A stretch of 20,967 bases of DNA from Acidimicrobiia bacterium (GTDB lineage Bacteria; Actinomycetota; Acidimicrobiia; Spongiisociales; Spongiisociaceae): positions 1 to 20,967 of the forward strand of contig JBFGLM010000071.1 of the NCBI GenBank assembly GCA_041576165.1. The letters run 5' to 3'. The stretch's first letter is position 1. Each line of letters opens with the position of its first letter. Below the pieces are notes generated by a model. The model was given only the letters and a program-made list of their open reading frames with translations, was not told where the DNA came from and made no database searches. The position numbers were made by a program, and so were the translations under genes. Shown here one piece after another: positions 7,976 through 16,883 of the stretch.

Positions 7976-9028
7976 TCAGCGCCGTTGGTTGACGGTTTGC
8001 CACCCGTAGGTGCGGGCGACGAGGCTGGCGGCCTGTCCTCTGGTGAGGTTTGCGTTGGGGCAGTAGGTTTGTTGGGCGCAGCCGTTGACGATTCCCCACT
8101 GCCATAGGGCTTCGATGTGGCCTTTGTGCACCGATCCGTCGAGGTCCTCGAAGGGTTCGATGTCTGCAATGTCGGTTCCCGAGGTGAATAGGTTCATTGA
8201 GCGGCGAAGCACGGCGGCGGCTTGGGCTCGGGTGACGGGTTGATTCGGTCCGTAGGAGCCGTCGGTCCTTCCGACGACGATTCCACGCCATGCCAGCGCA
8301 TTGATCGCCAGCTCGTGGACCGATCCCGCAACGTCGGAGAAGCTGGGTGTGTCACGGCCGGGCAGACGGAGGGTCCGGGCGACCATCGATGCCAGCTGTC
8401 CCCGGGTCACCGGGTCGCCGGCGCCGAAGGTGCCGTCGCGGTAGCCGGTGACCGCGCCGGCCGCAGCCAGCGCCACGATGGCGTCGTGGTGGACCGAGCC
8501 GAGCGTGTCGACAAATGCTCCCGGGTCGACACTTACGGGCAAGACCGGATGGCGGTGTCTCACAGATGGTGGATCGTCCAGGCCGACGATACCGGCCTGC
8601 CAGATCTCGAGTATCGCTTCACCTGCGTCCAGCCGCTCGACGAAGCCAGCCCAACCGCCGGGAAACGCCGCCAGGTCGGCCGCCGACAACGATCCGCACA
8701 AGTCGGCGCGGCCGAAGACAACCACCCCGTGCTGGCCAGGACACAATTCCACCGTCACGTCTGCGAAGATCAGATTGATCCCGGTCAGGTCGTAGTACAG
8801 GCCGACAGTGTCGTCGGTAACGGTGAAGCGGAGCGCGTCACCCTCTCGAACAAACACGGCCACACCTCCACCGCCGACCGAGCTATCGCCCAACAACGAC
8901 TCGCCGTAGCCGTCCGCAATGTCGGCGCGGGCGGTAGTCGTCACCATTGTCACGATGAGGAAACCAACCGATGCCAGAGCCCAGCCCATGCCGGGTTTCG
9001 TGTCGAATCTCGTGCCGGCCGACATCAC
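7976..9028 (-). CDS. Secreted protein with three C-terminal SLH domains and a degenerate CHRD-like N-terminal domain
   Basis: AAGGAG RBS and signal peptide ending ARA. Three SLH repeats: F-D--GSVH...TRGQLAS, FSDVAGSVH...TRAQAAA, FEDLDGSVH...TRGQAAS. Confidence 0.88.
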   Translation of the reverse strand: MMSAGTRFDTKPGMGWALASVGFLIVTMVTTTARADIADGYGESLLGDSSVGGGGVAVFVREGDALRFTVTDDTVGLYYDLTGINLIFADVTVELCPGQHGVVVFGRADLCGSLSAADLAAFPGGWAGFVERLDAGEAILEIWQAGIVGLDDPPSVRHRHPVLPVSVDPGAFVDTLGSVHHDAIVALAAAGAVTGYRDGTFGAGDPVTRGQLASMVARTLRLPGRDTPSFSDVAGSVHELAINALAWRGIVVGRTDGSYGPNQPVTRAQAAAVLRRSMNLFTSGTDIADIEPFEDLDGSVHKGHIEALWQWGIVNGCAQQTYCPNANLTRGQAASLVARTYGWQTVNQRR

Positions 9029-9283
9029 CGGAGGCTCCTTTCCTCAGGCGCCCGGATGCTCGTGTGTGCGGGCGCCATGATCTTCAGGCCGAGATGGCCG
9101 GTTCAGCCCATGGGCTCCCAGCCCTGAGCGCCGCAGCATTCAACTTGTCGACCAGTTCGCCGATCCCACAGCTCCAGCCGGAGCACCTCCTGGTCTTTCG
9201 GCCGGAGCTGTGACGCGGCTCGCAGCACCCGTTGGTGGTCACGATGCGGCACCCCGATCGACTCCGGCCCGGTGGCAGTTTGT

Positions 9284-9550
9284 CTATCGCAATTGCTTCG
9301 ACGGCGATTGTGGTGAGGGGGGACGCCGGCGGGTGCCCGCTACCGTGACCACCCCGAGCAGGCTTCCGACGGCCAGTGCGCCTATCACCGCAAGAGCGAT
9401 CGAAAGCAGTATCGCACCGCCACCGCCACCAAGGGACGTCGGCCAGTCGGCGTTTTCGCTCCAACCGAACCAATGGCCGAGCCAGTATCCGCTCCAACCG
9501 GCGACAAGACCTGCGAGAACGGTAATCACGACGCGCAAGGGTTGGTTCAT
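9284..9550 (-). CDS. Small two-TM membrane protein (88 aa)
   Basis: GGAAGGAGA RBS before ATG 9550. Two hydrophobic segments flank WLGHWFGWSENADWPTSLGGGGGA. Confidence 0.7.
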   Translation of the reverse strand: MNQPLRVVITVLAGLVAGWSGYWLGHWFGWSENADWPTSLGGGGGAILLSIALAVIGALAVGSLLGVVTVAGTRRRPPSPQSPSKQLR

Positions 9551-9749
9551 CGCATCTCCTTCCGCTCTGCCATCATCGCGCCACAGGCGGGGCGCAACTA
9601 GAGACAACGCGAAGCTCCCCAGCCCGGAGTGCATTCGAATAGCGCCTTTCGTCCGTGGGCTCGTCGAATGGGGGCGGGGCCGCGCCAATCGCTAGCTTGC
9701 TGATTGTCTCGCTCGCTGTCTCCGGGTCGCGCGCCTGATCCGGGATGAC

Positions 9750-10044
9750 CGACGAACCCACCTATCCCAGCCAACCCGATTGCTACCGCCGCCGAATGCC
9801 AAGCGGGGCCGGCAGACTCACGGATGAGATGGAACGCCTCGGACGCATCCGGGCGCTCATGGTCAACGGAGTCCGCCAGCTCCCGTCGAACCCGAAAGCG
9901 CCTCACTGTTCTTGTCGTTGGTGTCGTCCCGCTACGAACGAAGCCCGCTCATCGTCTCATCGCATGAGAGCTTCTCCGCGTGGGCAGAGATCATCGGAGA
10001 CGCCGTCGCAGCTGCTAGCGCGCAGTTTTCGACTGGCGTTGGCA
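9750..10044 (+). mobile_element. istB: Degraded IS21-family element: istB helper ATPase remnant plus right terminal inverted repeat
   Basis: Across frameshifts: THLS, ATAAE, GRLTDEMERLGRIRALMVNGVRQLP (decayed Walker B), ASLFLSLVSSRYERSPLIVSSHESFSAWAEIIGDAVAAA. Followed by CAGTTTTCGACTGGCGTTGGCA (10023-10044), resembling IS21 ends that finish in ...GTTGACA. Confidence 0.8.
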
Positions 10045-10297
10045 CTTCGAAGCCGGTAGACAACGCGACTCCCTTCTGTCTGCCCTGGAGCAGGAGTTGA
10101 TCGAGCAATCCGACGTGTATCCACCCGCAGCTCGAACCCATCGGCGGGTGGCCGTGCAGCCAGCAGGGTGCGGCTCGGCACTTGTGCTGCCTCGAGGTAG
10201 GGCGAAGTGACCTTTTCCTCTTGATGGCTCGACGGAGGCTGGAGACGCTGGGACCAATGCCTGCACAGTGAGCAGCGCCTCCCACGGCGAGGTCTCC

Positions 10298-12187
10298 ATG
10301 AACGGGCGTCCTGAGCGCAGAGTCTTCTTCGTGCTCGTTGTCGTCGCGGCCATTCTTCTGCTGTGCCCGGCCGGCGGTGCCCAGAGTGATGATCGTGAAT
10401 TCGAGGCGATGCTTGACGAGCTGATCGTCTCGGAGATGGAGCAGCACATGATCACAGGTGCCGCCGTGTCGGTGGTCTTTGACGGCCAGGTCTTCGCGCA
10501 GGGCTACGGCCTGGCCGATGTCGACGCCGACCGGCCGGTCGATCCTGTCATGACCATGTTCGACATCGGATCGATCGGCAAGCTCTTCACCTGGACCGCG
10601 GCGATGCAGTTGGTCGACCAGGGCTCGCTCGATCTGGACGAAGACATCAACGAGTACCTGGACTTCGCCATCCCGGCCACCTATCCCGCGCCGGTGACGA
10701 TGTACGACCTGATGGCCCACGCTGGTGGGCTCGATGAGTTCTTCTACGGGACGGCCGCTGCGGGCGTCGAGGACCTCGAAGAGCTCGATCAGTTCGTCGA
10801 GGAGCGCCTGCCGCGGCGAGTACGCCCGCCGGGGCAGATCTCGGCGTACACCAATTGGGGGGCTGCCCTCGCCGGACTAGTGGTCGAAGGGGCCGCAGGG
10901 CAGTCGTTCGAGCGCTACGTGGAACAGCACGTGCTGGAACCGCTCGAGATGACGCACTCAACGACCCACCAACCAGTGCCCGAGGCGTTCCAGCCACACC
11001 TGTCACGGAACTACGAGATCGCGGACGGCTCCGCCAGCTCGTTCCAGAGCCCCCTCGAGTTCTACCAGCTCAGACCGGCCGGATCGGTGAGAGCGTCGGC
11101 AGCTGACATGGCCAACTTCATGCGGGCCCATCTCGAACAGGGCGCCTTCGGGCAGGTCGCCATTCTGTCGCCCGAACGCACCGAGCAGATGCACACCCAA
11201 CACTTCGCTGCCCACGAGGGCCTCACCGGGTGGGCCCACGGCTTCATGGTCTTCGGCCATGACCCGTATGTCATCGGTCACAACGGCGTAAGCGACCACT
11301 TCTACAGCGAGCTGCGGCTGGTGCCAGACGAGCATTTCGGGATCTTCGTGACGACCAACACCGACGGCGGCCGCGACATGGCGGAGAACGTCGTCACCGC
11401 CGTCATCGACTACCTGTTCCCGTCCACCCATTCACCCCCGGTGGCGATTACCCGGTCATTCACAGACGTCGGACAATGGGCTGGCAGCTACCGCAGCGCC
11501 AACACCTCCTACACGACTGCTGAAAAACTGAACCTGGTCACCTCAATCCTCCACGTCGCCGCCAACGACGACGGCTCGCTCACGGTCGCATTCGGTCAAG
11601 AGGAAACCCGGTATGTCGAGATCGAGCCGATGCTGTTCGAGCGAGACGACGGCCGACGCGTCGACGAGTCCGACCGACTGGCATTGATACCGGACCCGGA
11701 CGGCCGACCCCGCTACATCACATATGGGCTCGGCGCGATCGAGAAGCTGCCCTGGTACGAGACGATGCCCTTCAACCTCGCCTTCGCCGGCACGACGTCG
11801 CTGCTCTTCCTCTCCGTACCGATCGCAATCCTCGCCAGCCGAATCTCCACTCGGCTGCGGCACGAAGCCGACTCCCAGCCGCCCCGGGCACGTTGGGCTC
11901 GACGGTCTGCCGTCGCCATGGTGATCGTGTTCATCGCGTCGATGGCCGGTTTGATGTCGGCGTTCGCTACGACGTCGGCGATCCTCACCGGCACGGCGGC
12001 TCTCTATCAGCTCGGGCAATGGCTGGTGCTACCGGTCGCAGTTCTCGCGATCGCATCGGCTGTCTTCGCGGTGTACGCGTGGAAGGACAAGCTGTGGTCG
12101 ACCAGCAGCCGCCTGCACTACACGCTCGTCGCAGCCGCCGGCGTCGCCACCATCTGGTGGTACTTCAACTGGCAGCTTCTCGGCTGA
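10298..12187 (+). CDS. Beta-lactamase-related (AmpC/class C fold) serine hydrolase with signal peptide and C-terminal TM helices
   Basis: SxxK (FDIGSIGK), YxN (AYTNWG), HxG (IGHNG), LMAHAGG and LEPLEM. Signal peptide after ATG 10298; about four C-terminal hydrophobic segments. Confidence 0.92.
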   Translation: MNGRPERRVFFVLVVVAAILLLCPAGGAQSDDREFEAMLDELIVSEMEQHMITGAAVSVVFDGQVFAQGYGLADVDADRPVDPVMTMFDIGSIGKLFTWTAAMQLVDQGSLDLDEDINEYLDFAIPATYPAPVTMYDLMAHAGGLDEFFYGTAAAGVEDLEELDQFVEERLPRRVRPPGQISAYTNWGAALAGLVVEGAAGQSFERYVEQHVLEPLEMTHSTTHQPVPEAFQPHLSRNYEIADGSASSFQSPLEFYQLRPAGSVRASAADMANFMRAHLEQGAFGQVAILSPERTEQMHTQHFAAHEGLTGWAHGFMVFGHDPYVIGHNGVSDHFYSELRLVPDEHFGIFVTTNTDGGRDMAENVVTAVIDYLFPSTHSPPVAITRSFTDVGQWAGSYRSANTSYTTAEKLNLVTSILHVAANDDGSLTVAFGQEETRYVEIEPMLFERDDGRRVDESDRLALIPDPDGRPRYITYGLGAIEKLPWYETMPFNLAFAGTTSLLFLSVPIAILASRISTRLRHEADSQPPRARWARRSAVAMVIVFIASMAGLMSAFATTSAILTGTAALYQLGQWLVLPVAVLAIASAVFAVYAWKDKLWSTSSRLHYTLVAAAGVATIWWYFNWQLLG

Positions 12188-12300
12188 CCGCGCCAATAAG
12201 GGCAGCATCGCAGGATGCAGCCCCTCGATTGAGACCCTCAGGAACGCGACGAAGCAGTTCAAAACGGGCTCCAATGGCAACCCGCTGACCGCCTCGAAGG

Positions 12301-12750
12301 TCAAGCGTGTTGAGTGCGGGCCTGCGTCTCCGAACGAGCCAGTTCCTCACGGGCTTCGATCACTCGTGAATAGGACGCGGCCACCTCGGAGGTGTCGCCG
12401 GCGACCAGCGCCTTGAACATGTCGCCCTCCAACTCGGCAACTCGCAACCGGACGTAGTAGTCGAGCATCTCTTTGAGGTGAGCGAGGACGATCTTGCCGG
12501 TCAGTAGCGGGTGGTTGTTGGTGACGTTGGCGTCGGCAAAGCGCAGGCCGTGTTCGAGTTCGACCTCCAAGCCACGCCGAAACTCCTCTATCGGGATCTC
12601 GAGCGTCTCGCCGCCAAGCTTCGCCCGGATGGCTTCCGCCTCCTCGATCAAGACCGCCGCCTCATCGAGGCGGGTCCAGTCACGAATCCCGAGTCCAGAG
12701 CAAACCCGCCGGACCTCGGCCGCAGACACATACTCAGGGAGATCGACCAC
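12301..12750 (-). CDS. DUF5661-like protein
   Basis: EFRRGLEVELEHG...NVTNNHPLLTGKIVLAHLKEMLDYYVRL. GAGAGGA RBS before GTG 12750. Confidence 0.8.
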   Translation of the reverse strand: MVDLPEYVSAAEVRRVCSGLGIRDWTRLDEAAVLIEEAEAIRAKLGGETLEIPIEEFRRGLEVELEHGLRFADANVTNNHPLLTGKIVLAHLKEMLDYYVRLRVAELEGDMFKALVAGDTSEVAASYSRVIEAREELARSETQARTQHA

Positions 12751-12882
12751 GACTGTTCCTCTCTGCTCACACAACAACGCTCCGAGGCGCCCGGTTCGCC
12801 GAAAACGCTATCACCTAGCCTGTGTGACGGTGCAGCAACGTAGTCACCATCAGTTGCCGACCCTGCGGTTGGGGGCCCAGCC

Positions 12883-13245
12883 ATGCCCATGCCCGAGCCG
12901 CATGGTGTGCCGGACCTCGTCGTGGTGACCGGCGGGCCCGGGGCGGGGGAGACGGCCGTATTGAGTTCGGCGAGCGACTCCCTCGGTAGGCATGTGGCGC
13001 TCCTGCCGGAGGCAGCCTCGATCATCTTTGGCACCGTGTTCCCCCGGCACGGGTCTCTGCCCGGTCGCACCGTGACGCAAGCGGCGGTCTTTGCGGCGCA
13101 GCGCCAACTCGAGGCGGTGGTGACCGGCGAGGGCCAGGTGGCGGTGCCGCTGTGCGATCGTGGCACCGTGGACGGGGTCGCCAGTGTCGGCGACTCTGGA
13201 CGGCCATGGGCACGACGCAAGGCCCCCGTGACCCACCGCATCTGA
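12883..13245 (+). pseudogene. Truncated AAA_28 (NadR/Ttd14-like) P-loop ATPase
   Basis: LVVVTGGPGAGET has the Walker A Lys replaced by Glu. LPEAASIIFG, AAQRQLE and LCDRGTVDG are present, then similarity is lost; only 120 aa. Confidence 0.7.
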
Positions 13246-13494
13246 ACCGAGACAACAGTCACCCGCTCACCCGGATCGGCTCAACGCGCGCGCAAACACC
13301 CCGCTTGACACACCCGCTCAGGGAGGCCGTTCAGTGTGCTGCTGGTTCCGTTCCCGGATGTCGGACCGTGGCCGGTTTCGCCACTACATCGAGAACCAGG
13401 GACATGTGGTTCAGGCATCCCAAACCCCGAGGCAGCCCCAACGTCCCGGTCACGACCCGAGCGCACCAAGTCCCGGCCCCGACTGACTTATGAC

Positions 13495-13735
13495 CTAATC
13501 CGCGTCATTACCTGCAAGGTGGATATCCTCCAGGATGAACGATCCATTCGGCTTGGTGAGACCCGTTCAAGGAAGGCCAGCGCCTCCGACCGACCGCAGA
13601 TCTCCCCGACAGCCACGAATCCCCAAGCATGTGCCATACGACGTTTCGCGGATCAGCTGTCGATCGCACCGAGGTCACGAGCATGGAAAGCGTCAGCCGA
13701 GGCTTTTCAGGTCCCGACGTCGGGGTGTTCGGGTT
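13495..13735 (-). pseudogene. SnoaL/NTF2-like protein remnant with multiple frameshifts
   Basis: Stitched frames read EHPDV.., ADAFHARDLGAI, QLIRE, NVVWHMLGDSWLSG, EICGRSEALAFLERV, GSFILEDIHLAGND. This matches the SnoaL-like AF..GD...DVVWH.PG...AG...GR pattern. Confidence 0.55.
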
Positions 13736-13755
13736 CCTACATGCTCCGCTTCAGC

Positions 13756-14025
13756 TCATGCCTCTACGAGCAGCAAGATCGTGTCATGCTGCACGCCATC
13801 GGCCTTTTCCTTCTCGAGTACTTCCTCCGACTCCATGTGCTCCATCATTTGTGGCACGAGATGGTCTGGTACATCGAGGAGGACTCCTGTTGTGTTCGAA
13901 CCCTCCGGATTGGAGAATTTCCGGACCGTGGCACCCTCGAAGCGAGCCACAATCTCTCCGAGGAGAGGCGATTTGAGCCAGTGATCGACGTCGTCGACGT
14001 CGTGGGTAGCCATGAAGGTCGCCAT
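13756..14025 (-). CDS. Small hypothetical protein (89 aa), probably dimeric alpha/beta-barrel (cyclase/ABM-like) fold
   Basis: AGGAG RBS. MATFMATHDVDDVDHWLKSP...VRKFSNPEGSNTTGVLLDVPD...ADGV; fold is inferred from the H-x-V-x-D-x-x-x-W pattern. Confidence 0.75.
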   Translation of the reverse strand: MATFMATHDVDDVDHWLKSPLLGEIVARFEGATVRKFSNPEGSNTTGVLLDVPDHLVPQMMEHMESEEVLEKEKADGVQHDTILLLVEA

Positions 14026-14686
14026 GTGTACAGCTCCTAGCTGAGTGGCAACCTCGCTTGGTCACCGAGAGAGGCTGACAGTCGCACGCAGGAGCGCAGG
14101 GCGGACAACACTATCCCCGCACCGCCGCCCGGCGCGTGAATCGGTGCCCCGTTGGTGTCGTGTCGAGAGGGACGACGGCGTGCGGTGGTAGCTTCCACTG
14201 GGCGGATACCTGACTTGTCGGACCCATGCGAGCCTGCCTGAGCGTGGGTCCGGTTGGTGGGACACGTTCGTTGCCCCGGAACACAGCCCGCGGGCCGACG
14301 GAGGTTTCGAGAAAACCGAGCGAGCAATGCTCGTGGCCTCCTAAGTGACTGGAGGCGACGCTGGATCTCACATGCCGCGGTCTCGACGCAGAAGGTATGG
14401 CAGCAAGGTCGGTATCGCCTGCTTGTCCACCTGATCCGTGAGCATTCCATCGCATGGCCACGCTGACCCGCTCAGGGAACGATCGACGGCCATGGCGCAG
14501 GGTCCGCCGCTCCCCGAGTGGATGGCTGACTCCTTCGCCGAGGATGTTGATCACGACAAGAACGTCGGCAGCGCCAAGCCATGCTGCGGGCCGGGTAGGC
14601 CAGGGCGAATGGGGAGCGGTGGACACCGAAAGTCGATTGAGGCTGGCACTGGACGTGAAAATTTAGCACTAAAATAGCCAGAACGT

Positions 14687-14712
14687 CATCCAGCCGGCCC
14701 GATGTCGCCGTA
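14687..14712 (+). promoter_or_regulatory. Putative ECF sigma (SigK-like) promoter
   Basis: CATCC-N16-CCGTA ending 31 nt before the DUF4397 ATG. Resembles the mycobacterial SigK CATCC...CCGAA motif and follows an AT-rich tract at 14656-14676. Confidence 0.5.
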
Positions 14713-14743
14713 TGCATTTCGAATTGAGATCTGGAGGATCTAC

Positions 14744-15553
14744 ATGCGTAAGACAGCGATGTTCATCGGCGCACTTCTGACGGCGCTCGTCGCGTTTCCG
14801 TCACTGGCGGGGGCTCAGGACACCGGCAATGTCACGGTGGTTCACGGGGTTCCTGGCGAATCCGATTTCCCCGTGGACATCTACGTCAACGGCGACATCA
14901 CGCTCGAAGCTTTCACATTTGGCGAGGTCGCAGGCCCGCTCGAATTGCCGGCGGGTGATTACGACATCGAGGTGTATGTTGCCGGTGCCGACGCCGGGAC
15001 CGACGATCCGGCGTTGCAGAGCACGGTGACGCTCCCCGGAGGTGCGGACGCGACCATCCTCGCCAACCTGGGTGCCGATGGCGCTCCCGGACTCAGCGTG
15101 TTCGTCAACGACACTTCGGCCATCGATGCCGGCAACGGCCGAGTGACCGTCCGGCACACCGCCGCTGCGCCCGAGGTCGATGTGCTCGCCGGCGGAGACG
15201 TTCTGTTCGGTGACGTACCGAACGGCGCCGAGGGCGTCGCCGATGTGCCTGCCGGCACCTACCCGGTCCAGGTGGTCCCGGCCGGCGCGACCGAGCCGGT
15301 CGTGTTCGAGACCGACCTCAATGTACCGGAAGGCAGCAACGTGATCGTGCACGCCATAGGTGACCTCGAAGGTGGCACCTTCGCGGTGGCCGTCCAGCAG
15401 ATCGACAACCTCCAATCGGCCCCCGCGGGCGTCCCGACTGGTACCGGTGGCGACGCGGCCTCTGGGCCGAGCGCGTGGCTGCTCGTAGTCGGAGCCGCAG
15501 CCGCCGTAGCCGCAGTTGTCGGTGGTCGGAAGCTCCTTCGCAACGAAGCTTGA
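14744..15553 (+). CDS. DUF4397-domain secreted protein with C-terminal sortase sorting signal
   Basis: GGAGG RBS and signal peptide ending AGA. Two repeats: VTVVHGVPG..PVDIYVNG..LPAGDYDIEV and VTVRHTAAAPEVDV..VPAGTYPVQV. C-terminal GVPTG, TM helix and GRKLLR. Confidence 0.9.
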   Translation: MRKTAMFIGALLTALVAFPSLAGAQDTGNVTVVHGVPGESDFPVDIYVNGDITLEAFTFGEVAGPLELPAGDYDIEVYVAGADAGTDDPALQSTVTLPGGADATILANLGADGAPGLSVFVNDTSAIDAGNGRVTVRHTAAAPEVDVLAGGDVLFGDVPNGAEGVADVPAGTYPVQVVPAGATEPVVFETDLNVPEGSNVIVHAIGDLEGGTFAVAVQQIDNLQSAPAGVPTGTGGDAASGPSAWLLVVGAAAAVAAVVGGRKLLRNEA

Positions 15554-15747
15554 TCCCTGGCGCCTCGTTGATGCGTTTCGACGGGAGGGAAGATCCTCTT
15601 CCCTCCCGTCGTCGCATCCCCGCCGGTACGCTTTCCACCGTGCATCATCCCCGCCCGGAGGTCGAGAGTCCCATCGGTTTGCAGCCGACTCCTTCCGGTG
15701 GGATCGACTCCCTTCCGGCTCCAGCCCCGGATCCGCCATCGCCGCGG

Positions 15748-16518
15748 ATGAATCGACGAACACTTTTCGCGATGACGGTGCTCGCCGGCGCAATCGCGGT
15801 GGGGTCGTTCGCCACGTTCTTCTGGCCGGAGAGGCCGGGGACGCTGGGTGACACGAGCAGCATCGGTTCCCGGTTGGGCATTCCGGTCGGGGCCGCGTCG
15901 GCTGGGCCTCCCGCCGGCGGATCGGATACGGAGGTGGAGATCGAGTCAGTGGCACCCCCGACCTCGGAATCCATCACCGCGGCTCCGGTGCAGCCCGTTC
16001 CGTTGCTCCGCCCCAATGCGCCATGGGAGCCGGCGGCGAAGGTCGCTCCCGTAGGCCTGGCGATTGGAAGGTTGGGGATCGATGCTCACGTGACTCCCGC
16101 CGGGGTCGATCGGGCCACAGGACAGATGGCGGTCCCCGACAACGTGGATGATGTTGCTTGGTATGAATACGGTCCGACGCCGGGTGACCCCGGATCAGCA
16201 GTGCTCGCTGCCCACGTCGATCTCGAGTCTCAAGGCCCCGGAGTGTTCTTCGAGCTTCGCAGCCTCGAGCCCGGCGATATCGTGACGGTTAGCTACGAGG
16301 ACGGGACGCAGCGCCGGTTCACCGTCGAAGCGCGTGTGATCTACGACAAGTCCGAGCTGCCGCTCGACGCGATATTTGCCCGCGAAGGGGACCCGGTGCT
16401 GACCCTGATCACGTGCGGGGGTGATTTCAACTGGACGGAGCGGAGCTACGACGCCAACGTCGTCGTGTATGCCGTTCCCGAATCCGAAAGGGACCAGCTG
16501 CTCGCCGGCTATCGATAA
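15748..16518 (+). CDS. Class F sortase (start uncertain: ATG 15748 or 15571)
   Basis: N-terminal TM anchor. VAWYEYGPTPGDPGSAVLAAHVD, FFELRSLEPGD, LTLITCGGDF and YDANVVVYA, with catalytic His and Cys present. Confidence 0.93.
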   Translation: MNRRTLFAMTVLAGAIAVGSFATFFWPERPGTLGDTSSIGSRLGIPVGAASAGPPAGGSDTEVEIESVAPPTSESITAAPVQPVPLLRPNAPWEPAAKVAPVGLAIGRLGIDAHVTPAGVDRATGQMAVPDNVDDVAWYEYGPTPGDPGSAVLAAHVDLESQGPGVFFELRSLEPGDIVTVSYEDGTQRRFTVEARVIYDKSELPLDAIFAREGDPVLTLITCGGDFNWTERSYDANVVVYAVPESERDQLLAGYR

Positions 16519-16883
16519 CGTTGCATTCGGCCTAACGCGCCATCGATCAGCCGGAGATGCCACAGCCGGACGGTTCCTCATCTATGCCTTCGGCCACGTG
16601 TTGCGGTGTCCGGATGGCGAACAGCGGGAGCGCGTGCTCAGTTGTCGAGGGCCCCTCCAACAACAAAACCCCCATCATCGGGACGATACGCACATCAGAT
16701 TCGCATACCGTCAGTCAGGCACCGACACGGTCGTATTTCGCGATGGGAAGCGAGTGCGGAAGTCGTGCTTGCGTGACCAGATGTCGCGTCTGGACAGAGG
16801 TCACGAAGGGAGGTGAGCGCGATCGATTTCGGAACTAACGGTCGGATGGTCGGCCACAATGCGGGGAAGCTGCCAGAGATTTC

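Noticed and set aside
14490-14590. Minus-strand WLGAADVLVVINILGEGV resembling an ABC permease C-terminus
   Set aside because: Too short, with no supporting upstream EAA motif; cannot be told from chance.
14662-14690. TTAGCACT resembling a CIRCE (HrcA) left arm
   Set aside because: No GAGTGCTAA right arm after the 9-nt spacer, and no chaperone gene nearby.
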